Assembly (NCBI RefSeq): GCF_963967315.1
Contig: NZ_OZ017288.1
Location: 657,352-689,351 of the forward strand
Length of the DNA stretch: 32,000 nt
Origin: Candidatus Minimicrobia sp. QA0096
Lineage (GTDB): Bacteria > Patescibacteriota > Saccharimonadia > Saccharimonadales > Saccharimonadaceae
Direction: 5' to 3'
This document shows, piece by piece, positions 1 to 6,995 of this stretch (its first letter is position 1; each line of letters begins with the position of its first letter). The position numbers were made by a program, and so were the translations under genes. The notes under the pieces were generated by a model that was not told the origin of the DNA, made no database searches, and was given only the letters and a program-made list of their open reading frames with translations.

Positions 1-431
1 GCGGCGAGGCTCTGGGCGAAGTCGAAACGAAGGTTGAAAAGCAGACATATAAGTTCAATCAAGAGGAAATTGATGAGATTGTTCAGGCGCGCTATGAAGA
101 GATCTTTGAAGCAATTGCTAAAGAGCTGAAGCGAGCTGGACGATTAGGAAAGCTACCGAGCGGCGTTGTGCTGGTTGGTGGTGCGGCGAAAGTAAAAGGT
201 ATGGTGGAGTTCACGAAAGATCAATTGAGTGTGGCGGCACGCTTGGGTGTTCCGGCTGGCTATAGCGGAGTTAGCGATGAAGTGAAAGGCGCGGAGTTTT
301 CAGCTGCGGTTGGTCTGATGTTGATCGACTCTATGGGTATTTCGCAGCAGATAAAACCGATAGTTGGCGCAAATGATGTCACTAAAAAAGCTGGCGGTTT
401 ACTCAAAAATATTTTCGCTAGATTTAAATAA
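1..431 (+). CDS. ftsA: Cell division protein FtsA, C-terminal fragment (5' end lies outside the window)
   Basis: Frame 3 is open from the window edge. The translation ...YEEIFEAIAKELKRAGRLGKLPSGVVLVGGAAKVKGMVEF...AAVGLMLID... looks like the actin-like FtsA C-terminal half. It ends in an amphipathic tail, GGLLKNIFARFK. The gene sits directly upstream of ftsZ. Confidence 0.8.
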   Translation, partial: GEALGEVETKVEKQTYKFNQEEIDEIVQARYEEIFEAIAKELKRAGRLGKLPSGVVLVGGAAKVKGMVEFTKDQLSVAARLGVPAGYSGVSDEVKGAEFSAAVGLMLIDSMGISQQIKPIVGANDVTKKAGGLLKNIFARFK

Positions 432-468
432 ATGATATACTTTATGTAAGGATTAAGAGAGGGAATAT

Positions 469-1662
469 ATGCCGCAAATACAACCAAGTGAAGTTCAAAC
501 ATTTGCCAGCATAAAAGTCGTCGGTGTCGGCGGCGCTGGTGGTTCAGCTATTAACCGAATGAAAGACGCTGGTCTGACTGGCGTTCAGTTCATTGCTATG
601 AATACGGACGCTCAGGCGTTGCATAATTCGAAGGCTGACGTAAAAATTCATCTTGGCCGTGATGCAACTAATGGTTTGGGTGCTGGTGCCGACCCTACTG
701 TTGGTGAGGCCGCAGCTAATGAATCTCGTGACGAAATCAGGGAAGCACTAGAAGGCGCGGACATGGTGTTTGTAACAATTGGTGCTGGTGGCGGAACTGG
801 TTCTGGTGCTGGTTATGTCGTGGCAGAAGTGGCGCGCGAGCTTGGTATTTTGGTAGTTGGCGTGGCAACTCGACCGTTTAGCTTTGAGGGTGAAAAGCGT
901 CGAGTTAACGCGGATTGGGCGATTTCTCACTTGGGACGCGAGGTTGATACCTTGATTACTATTCCAAATGACAGATTGTTGCAAACTATTGATCGCCGAA
1001 CGCCGCTACTAGAAACATTTAAGATTGCTGATGATGTTTTAAGGCAGGGCGTTCAAGGTATTTCTGAACTGATTACTGAGCATGGTTTGATTAACCTTGA
1101 CTTTGCCGATGTTAAGGCGATTATGAGTAATGCCGGTTCAGCTTTGATGGGAATTGGGCGAGCGAGCGGTGATGACCGAGCGGTTCAGGCGGCGCAACAA
1201 GCTATTGAAAGTCCGCTAATTGAGGTGTCGATTGATGGCGCCAAGGGTGTGCTATTCAACGTAACTGGCGGCTACGACATGAGTATGGCGGAAATTCAGG
1301 AAGCCGCAGAAATTATTACTAGTGCTGTTAGTCCGAACGCCAACATTATTTTTGGTGCGACTTTGAAGCCGGAAATGGAAGACGAGCTGGTTATTACGGT
1401 GATTGCGACAGGATTTGATAGCGATACATTCCGCCAGCAGGAAGTTAGCTTGACTGTAGGCGACGACGCGAAACCTGCCGAAACAGAAGTTGATGACGAA
1501 ATGGTTAAAAATATTGACCTAGAGTTGGATAAGGAAGAATCTGCCGAAAGTTTTGCGGCTGAGCCAGAGACTAATATTTGGGAAAATCCAACCGTTGAAG
1601 CTGACGATGATGAGGATGATACGCCGGCATTTCTGAGGCGACGAAAGAAGAACAAGGAGTAG
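469..1662 (+). CDS. ftsZ: Cell division GTPase FtsZ
   Basis: Contains VVGVGGAGGSAINRM and the tubulin signature GGGTGSGAG. Has an acidic linker and the conserved C-terminal peptide DDTPAFLRRRKK. A purine-rich SD-like AGAGAGGGA lies upstream. Confidence 0.97.
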   Translation: MPQIQPSEVQTFASIKVVGVGGAGGSAINRMKDAGLTGVQFIAMNTDAQALHNSKADVKIHLGRDATNGLGAGADPTVGEAAANESRDEIREALEGADMVFVTIGAGGGTGSGAGYVVAEVARELGILVVGVATRPFSFEGEKRRVNADWAISHLGREVDTLITIPNDRLLQTIDRRTPLLETFKIADDVLRQGVQGISELITEHGLINLDFADVKAIMSNAGSALMGIGRASGDDRAVQAAQQAIESPLIEVSIDGAKGVLFNVTGGYDMSMAEIQEAAEIITSAVSPNANIIFGATLKPEMEDELVITVIATGFDSDTFRQQEVSLTVGDDAKPAETEVDDEMVKNIDLELDKEESAESFAAEPETNIWENPTVEADDDEDDTPAFLRRRKKNKE

Positions 1663-1667
1663 ATGAA

Positions 1668-2123
1668 ATGGTGTTTAATATCGGCAATAGTCGCGTTATT
1701 GAATCACGCGAAGTTTCTGATGGTGCCGCAATTCGACGTCGCAGAGAAACTCCAGATGGCAAGCGATTTACTACGTATGAGCGAGTTGAAAAACCAAACC
1801 TGGCGGTGATAAAGAAAAATGGTGATCGTGAGCTGTTTGACCGAGTGAAATTGGCGAATTCGACACGCCGTTCGGTCGGAAAATTCTTTAAGTCTGACGA
1901 AGAAGTTGATAATATCATTACGGCGGTTGAAGACTCTTTATACGCGCTGGGCGAATCGGAAGTTACGTCAAAACAGATTGGCGATCAAGTTTTGGATGAA
2001 TTAGAAAAACGCAACGAAGTGGCGTATGTTCGTTTTGCTAGCGTTTTTTACGAGTTTAAGACGTTGGATGATTTTGTGGAGATTTTAGCGAAGCGACGCA
2101 GTAAGGGCGAGCGGGAATTGTAA
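1668..2123 (+). CDS. nrdR: NrdR-like ATP-cone transcriptional regulator lacking the zinc-ribbon cysteines
   Basis: The C-terminal segment EVAYVRFASVFYEFKTLDDF matches the NrdR ATP-cone hallmark (VAYIRFASVY.F). RVIESREVSDGAAIRRRRETPDGKRFTTYE aligns to the NrdR zinc-ribbon segment (KVIDSR....RRRR.C..C..RFTT.E), but no Cys is present. SD AAGGAG (1654-1659) lies 8 nt before the ATG. Confidence 0.8.
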   Translation: MVFNIGNSRVIESREVSDGAAIRRRRETPDGKRFTTYERVEKPNLAVIKKNGDRELFDRVKLANSTRRSVGKFFKSDEEVDNIITAVEDSLYALGESEVTSKQIGDQVLDELEKRNEVAYVRFASVFYEFKTLDDFVEILAKRRSKGEREL

Positions 2124-2380
2124 TGCGAGTAGTTGTGATTTATCGTTCGGAAAGCGATTATGAGCGCCAAGTTGCAGACTTTTTGCGTGATTTTAGTCGA
2201 CAAACTGGTCGGGTTTTAGAGGAAATGAGTCCTGATTCTGCAGAAGGTAATAATTTTTGCGAAGTGTATGACATTGTGGAGTATCCAACAATTATCGCGT
2301 TGAGCGACAGCGGTCAACTGCAAAACCTTTGGCGCGGATTACCATTACCAACAATTAGCGAAGTGAGTTTTTATGTTTAA
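2123..2380 (+). CDS. Small thioredoxin/NrdH-glutaredoxin-fold protein without a CxxC motif
   Basis: 85 aa. MRVVVIYRSESDYERQV...VEYPTIIAL...WRGLP follows the beta1 / (CxxC position) / alpha1 ... cis-Pro strand layout of NrdH/Trx proteins, with SDYE where CxxC would be. The start overlaps the nrdR stop (TAATG) and the 3' end overlaps the VKOR start by 8 nt. Confidence 0.45.
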   Translation: MRVVVIYRSESDYERQVADFLRDFSRQTGRVLEEMSPDSAEGNNFCEVYDIVEYPTIIALSDSGQLQNLWRGLPLPTISEVSFYV

Positions 2381-2981
2381 TAAAATCAAAAACTGGATAT
2401 TTCACGAAGACTTGAAAAAGCAAAATTTGGCGGCGTTTATAATGCTTCTCGGTAGTGGATTAGGGTTATTGGCGTCATTTGTATTATCTATTGAAGCTTT
2501 AGAATTAGCAAAAAATTCTCATGCTGTATTAAGTTGCGATTTTAGCTCGGCTCTGAGCTGTTCGGCGGTGGCGAATCATTGGTCGGCGGCTATTTTAGGA
2601 TTTCCAAATAGTTTCATCGGCGTGATGACCCTGCCTGTTATGGTAACAATTGCAGTGGCGTTGTTGGCGGGAGCAAAGTTTCCGAAGTGGTTTATGCAGG
2701 CAGCGCAGGCTGGTGCTATTATTGGAATGATATTTGCTATTTGGATGTTTTATATGAGCTATATTGAAATTGGCGTGCTTTGTCCGTGGTGCTTGACCTT
2801 GGATCTTGGAATGCTGATGATTATGTTCGGTTTGACGCGTTATAATGTTCTACAGAAAAATATTTCTTGTCGATATATGCAGAAGATTGTTGGCGGCGGA
2901 TATGATGTGCTTGTCGTGGTGTCGCTGGTCGTCGCGGTAATTGTCGCGATAATCGCCAAATTCGGCAGTCAATTGTTATAA
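2373..2981 (+). CDS. Vitamin K epoxide reductase (VKOR) family membrane thiol oxidoreductase
   Basis: Multi-TM protein with a loop cysteine pair CDFSSALSC (CX7C, as in VKOR) and a membrane-embedded CPWC active-site motif in the last helix bundle. Confidence 0.8.
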   Translation: MFNKIKNWIFHEDLKKQNLAAFIMLLGSGLGLLASFVLSIEALELAKNSHAVLSCDFSSALSCSAVANHWSAAILGFPNSFIGVMTLPVMVTIAVALLAGAKFPKWFMQAAQAGAIIGMIFAIWMFYMSYIEIGVLCPWCLTLDLGMLMIMFGLTRYNVLQKNISCRYMQKIVGGGYDVLVVVSLVVAVIVAIIAKFGSQLL

Positions 2982-3063
2982 CTGTGTGCTTATTTGCTTG
3001 CTTTATTTAAAGTGCTTATGGTATATTTATGATGTATATTTATGTTCAATTTATACCACCACT

Positions 3064-5484
3064 ATGAAACATAATAGACCGCTATCAATAATAAAAGACC
3101 GTAAAGCCAAGAGATTTTTTGCCCTTGGCAGTTTTATTGTCGTTAGTGTAGCCTTAGGGTTTATGTTTTTGAATTCTCAGCAAAGTCGTGCGACTATTCC
3201 TAGTAGTGGCAAGCAGATTGAAGTGGGGCAAGTTTCTTATCGATTATACGAATCTTCCAATGGTGTTAATCCAGGCAGTCCGCTTGCAAATACCAACATC
3301 GCTGCCACGTTACCAAAAGTCGGTGCCGATTTTCGACTGAGAGTTGGTCTGCAAAATAAGAGTGCATATTTTAAAAAATTAGCTGAATACGGAAGCGGGT
3401 ATGAACATAGCTGCGCCATTATGTCGGATGATAGTGCTTATTGTTGGGGTAATGGTCAGTATGGAGCTCTTGGTACTAATTCAACCACCTCATCAACAAC
3501 CCCAGTGCCTGTATATACACAAGACGTGCTTAACGGTAAGACTATAAAACAGATTACTACTGGTTATTATCACACTTGCGTAATTACTTCTGACAATAAA
3601 GACTATTGTTGGGGCTCTGGTGCAGTTGGAAGACTAGGAAATGGTGGCATAATTCAGCGCAACGCTCCATATCCAGTTAGAGAGACCACGACTACAGTCA
3701 TCTCTCAGATTGCCGCGGGTAATGAGCATACTTGTTCGCTTAACTCGGAGGGAAAATTGCACTGTTGGGGTAGAGGCATAAATGGAGAATTAGGTCGTGA
3801 CGTATTCCTAGCTTCATACACGCCAGCAGCGGTTAATATGAATAACTTTGGAACGGAATCGGTTAAGCAGGTTGTGTCAGGGGATAGATTCACGTGCGCT
3901 TCGACGGTCGAAGGTACAGCATTCTGCTGGGGGTATAATGCTACAGGAAGGACTGGAGTAGGGAGTGTTGCTGGTAGAACTCAATATCCCACTAAAGTCA
4001 AAGGTTTTAATGGGAAAAAAGTTGAGTCAATATCTGCTGGCGATTCGCATGCCTGTGCTGTTATTTCTGGCGGTCAAGAAGTGTATTGTTGGGGAAGAAA
4101 TCACAATGGTCAGTTGGGTAACACAGCATCTGGCTATAGAAATACTGCTTCAAGAGCTTCTTTTGGAAGTAGCATTCTTTCTGGAGGGAAGACTATTAAA
4201 AATGTTTACGCTGGCGGCGAATTTACGTGTATGGTATTAAACACTGGCGAAATTTATTGTTGGGGTGATAACTCTAAGGGTCAAATGGGCAGTGGAACTG
4301 CCACAGGATTTTTGCCCTCTCCCGTAAAAGTGAATGTTCCATTTACGAGTTCTGGTGAAACTTCCATGTATTTAGGTAAAGACTTTTTATGCGCTTTACG
4401 TACGGGCGAGATGTATTGTTGGGGTAATAATAACAAGGGGCAGGTAGGGAATGGCCAGTCGAGTAATAGTCCTGTCACGCGCCCTACGCTAATTGCGCCT
4501 CCAGGAGGAGCCGTTGAATCTTCATCAATGAAGCTGCGTGTCGAATACGCAAAAAAGGGTAGCGCGGCAACTTGTTCGGCTGTAAGTAGTTCAGATTGGC
4601 AAGTCGTGACCGGAGTATCAAAACTTGCTTATTCTGTGGGTGGTCCTGCTGACGGCACTAATATCAATAGTAACTCGACTGATCCAGAATTGCCGTCAGG
4701 AGCTATCGCTTCTCGACCTCAAAGTCTGGTGAGAAAAAGCGGAGTGGCTGGAACGTTCACGAATGTGCAAAAAATATCTGCTGGCGAAGTGGGTGTGTGG
4801 GATTTGGCGCTTGTCGATAAAGGGCTTGATAGGAACGAAAATTATTGTGTCCGCGTAGCAACTGACACAACTGCCGCTCCTGGATCTAGTATTGATAGCT
4901 ACACAATGTATCCAGAATTTAAGACCGCTCCTGGGTCGTTAGATATTCGTTTTAGGGATAATGCTGGCGCTACAATTGCAGATACTGGTACGAGGTTTGA
5001 TAATTCCATGATGAGTAGCAGCAGTGTAGCCACCAGCGCTCTCTTGTCCAACTCAAGCTCGAAGCAAATTGAAGTTACGAATACACAGACCATCTCTGGG
5101 TGGAGTGTTGTGTTGTCGGCATCTGACGGCGCGACCGCCAAATGGAAGCGAACTGCTGGCACAGAATCGTATATGTTCAACGGCACTAATGGCGATCAGG
5201 GATTTCTGTCTGTCAATTTTGGCACATCATCCGTCTTAGCTTCGGGTAGTTCATTGAGCGGGTCAACTTGCCAAATATCAGGAATATCAAAGGGCGTTGA
5301 TTCTCAATTTAAGGTAGGGACTGCTACGGCTAACGGCGTTACATTGATGAGTAGCAGCGGGTCAACTGGTCAATTGGGGTGCGCATTTTTGCTACAGAAC
5401 GTTCGATTAAACCAGACTATTCCGGCATATCAAAAACCAGGAGCTTATGAATTGCCAATGACATTAACAGTAACAGCGCAATAG
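3064..5484 (+). CDS. Exported surface protein: N-terminal signal/anchor, 7-bladed RCC1-repeat beta-propeller, beta-sandwich region and C-terminal WxL-like domain (CscC-like)
   Basis: Start placed at ATG 3064 (MKHNRPLSIIKDRKAKRFFALGSFIVVSVALGF...). The 26 codons upstream in the ORF track are AT-rich promoter-like sequence. There are seven repeats ending (Y/H/F)CWG.(N/G)..G(Q/E/A/R)(L/M/V/T)G. The last ~185 aa are paralogous to the 214-aa protein at 6251-6895. Confidence 0.85.
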   Translation: MKHNRPLSIIKDRKAKRFFALGSFIVVSVALGFMFLNSQQSRATIPSSGKQIEVGQVSYRLYESSNGVNPGSPLANTNIAATLPKVGADFRLRVGLQNKSAYFKKLAEYGSGYEHSCAIMSDDSAYCWGNGQYGALGTNSTTSSTTPVPVYTQDVLNGKTIKQITTGYYHTCVITSDNKDYCWGSGAVGRLGNGGIIQRNAPYPVRETTTTVISQIAAGNEHTCSLNSEGKLHCWGRGINGELGRDVFLASYTPAAVNMNNFGTESVKQVVSGDRFTCASTVEGTAFCWGYNATGRTGVGSVAGRTQYPTKVKGFNGKKVESISAGDSHACAVISGGQEVYCWGRNHNGQLGNTASGYRNTASRASFGSSILSGGKTIKNVYAGGEFTCMVLNTGEIYCWGDNSKGQMGSGTATGFLPSPVKVNVPFTSSGETSMYLGKDFLCALRTGEMYCWGNNNKGQVGNGQSSNSPVTRPTLIAPPGGAVESSSMKLRVEYAKKGSAATCSAVSSSDWQVVTGVSKLAYSVGGPADGTNINSNSTDPELPSGAIASRPQSLVRKSGVAGTFTNVQKISAGEVGVWDLALVDKGLDRNENYCVRVATDTTAAPGSSIDSYTMYPEFKTAPGSLDIRFRDNAGATIADTGTRFDNSMMSSSSVATSALLSNSSSKQIEVTNTQTISGWSVVLSASDGATAKWKRTAGTESYMFNGTNGDQGFLSVNFGTSSVLASGSSLSGSTCQISGISKGVDSQFKVGTATANGVTLMSSSGSTGQLGCAFLLQNVRLNQTIPAYQKPGAYELPMTLTVTAQ

Positions 5485-5492
5485 GGTTGAGT

Positions 5493-6200
5493 ATGAAAAA
5501 TAGAGTAAAAAAATTATTCATCGTCATAACATTACTAATCGCTCTGAGTAGTCCTTATTCGGCTTTTGCAGATTCGTCGGCTAATTCTAATTTGTCACAA
5601 GTGATTACTGATTGCGCTCGCGATTCTCTGGAAACAGGTAGCCAGATGAATGAGTCAATTTGTCCGATTTTTCCGTCAAAATTCTCTAAGTTTGATTTGG
5701 TAAATGGGAAAGACCTGTTGGTATATGGCGTTTATGATGCGGTCCATACGGTGGTTAATCCCGCTACAGGTCAGCACGATTTGAAGGTTGAGTTTGGTGG
5801 TCGAACTTTTGTTTTAGGGCGTAATCGTGAGCTTAAAGTTAAGGGAAATATATGGATGCTGGATTTTTCAAATTGGCAGAATAATCATCCAGGCGACAAT
5901 TTTATACCGTCAACTCCAGAATACACCCATAACGGTCGTGTTACAGCTAAACTTAAGGCTAATGCAACATCTCCAGAAGTAGTGCGGTTTGCTGATTTTT
6001 CATTTACTACTCCGAAAAAGACCGTGGAAAAGACCATTGAAGATGTTATTGTTATTCCAAAGATTGTTAAAGAGATAAGTAAGGCTTTGGCTAATACGGG
6101 AATTAATTTATGGATGATTATGGCTGCTGGTATTGGTGTAATTGTTGCGGCGTTCATTATGTTATTTATTGTTAAAAAACAGAAAAAGAGGGATGAATGA
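5493..6200 (+). CDS. Small secreted protein with a C-terminal LAxTG-type sortase sorting signal (CscD-like)
   Basis: Signal peptide MKNRVKKLFIVITLLIALSSPYSAFA. The C-terminus is LANTG (nt 6087-6101), then a 24-residue hydrophobic stretch, then KKQKKRDE. The start could also be TTG 5487. Confidence 0.7.
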   Translation: MKNRVKKLFIVITLLIALSSPYSAFADSSANSNLSQVITDCARDSLETGSQMNESICPIFPSKFSKFDLVNGKDLLVYGVYDAVHTVVNPATGQHDLKVEFGGRTFVLGRNRELKVKGNIWMLDFSNWQNNHPGDNFIPSTPEYTHNGRVTAKLKANATSPEVVRFADFSFTTPKKTVEKTIEDVIVIPKIVKEISKALANTGINLWMIMAAGIGVIVAAFIMLFIVKKQKKRDE

Positions 6201-6250
6201 AAAAATAAGCATAATAAGTTATAATGTAATAAATTAAGTAAGGAGAAAAA

Positions 6251-6895
6251 ATGAAAAAGTTAACGTTGTTGATCGTTGCGAGCGTAGGCGTAGTTGGTCT
6301 ATTGGGATTGTATAATATGACAAACTCTTCTGTAGCTAATGCCGCAACTACTGCTAACTCTAAACTCTCTCAGACAATTAATCCTGGAGTTTTGAGTACT
6401 GATATCCGTGATTCAACGAATTCCTTAGTTAATAATCCAACATTCGCTATGGGCGCTACGACAGTGTCATCTTCATTAGGATCGGGAACTGGTGTTTTTG
6501 GGAATAACGACAATCGAATTTATGCCGAAAACCCAGGTGCCGCAGATAATGGCTGGACGTTGACACTAAACGTAGCGATTCCAGGAACTGGTGTTTGGTC
6601 TGCAGGCGGTGGAAAACAGTATAAATACAATGGAACCATTAACGAAGGTCGCCTAACAGTTAATCCAGCTGGCGGTACGGTAACTCCTGTAATTGGTGCA
6701 GCTGCAGGTATTACCAAGGGTACTTCTACGACCTTTTCTGGTACTAGCCCCGTAACACTAATGAGCGCTTCAGCGACTGCTAGTAAAGTATGGGCTGGAT
6801 ATATAACTAATACCTCATTAGCCCAAACCATCCCAGCTGGTCAGGCAGCAGGTACATACGTATTGCCAATGGTTCAAACGATTACGGCTCTTTAG
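6251..6895 (+). CDS. Small secreted WxL-like domain protein (CscB-like)
   Basis: SD AAGGAG lies upstream. Signal peptide ends ...SSVANA. Contains an internal GWTLTLN motif and a terminal QTIPAGQAAGTYVLPMVQTITAL. It is collinear with the C-terminal domain of the RCC1 protein. A strong terminator follows. Confidence 0.7.
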   Translation: MKKLTLLIVASVGVVGLLGLYNMTNSSVANAATTANSKLSQTINPGVLSTDIRDSTNSLVNNPTFAMGATTVSSSLGSGTGVFGNNDNRIYAENPGAADNGWTLTLNVAIPGTGVWSAGGGKQYKYNGTINEGRLTVNPAGGTVTPVIGAAAGITKGTSTTFSGTSPVTLMSASATASKVWAGYITNTSLAQTIPAGQAAGTYVLPMVQTITAL

Positions 6896-6915
6896 CGGAC
6901 TTAAATTGTTAAACG

Positions 6916-6949
6916 AGAATAGACATTCTGATGAGTGTCTATTCTTTTA
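6916..6949 (+). terminator. Rho-independent terminator after the small WxL-like gene
   Basis: AGAATAGACA (6916-6925) pairs perfectly with TGTCTATTCT (6936-6945): 10 bp with a 10-nt loop, followed by TTTTAT. Confidence 0.75.
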
Positions 6950-6959
6950 TGTGTGACAT

Positions 6960-6968
6960 TGATATAAT
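6960..6968 (+). promoter_or_regulatory. Extended -10 box TGATATAAT for the DUF916-like gene
   Basis: TGATATAAT lies at 6960-6968, directly after the terminator and about 18 nt before SD AAGGAGG. Confidence 0.45.
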
Positions 6969-6995
6969 AAGCATAATGGGTTTTTAAGGAGGAAT

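Noticed and set aside
2986-3063. The N-terminal 26 codons of the tracked 832-aa ORF (MLICLLYLKCLWYIYDVYLCSIYTTT).
   Set aside because: This is AT-rich promoter-like DNA with an implausible peptide. A standard basic plus hydrophobic signal-anchor begins at Met27 (ATG 3064).
3965-4240. A 91-aa alternative-frame plus-strand ORF inside the RCC1 gene.
   Set aside because: It lies within a CDS whose main frame shows a clear 7-fold repeat structure. The alternative frame has no signals or motifs.
3438-4425. An 11-mer, TATTGTTGGGG, repeated five times at intervals of about 160-480 nt.
   Set aside because: It is simply the codons for Tyr-Cys-Trp-Gly of the RCC1 blade motif (TAT TGT TGG GGN). It is explained by protein repeats and codon preference and is not an independent DNA element.
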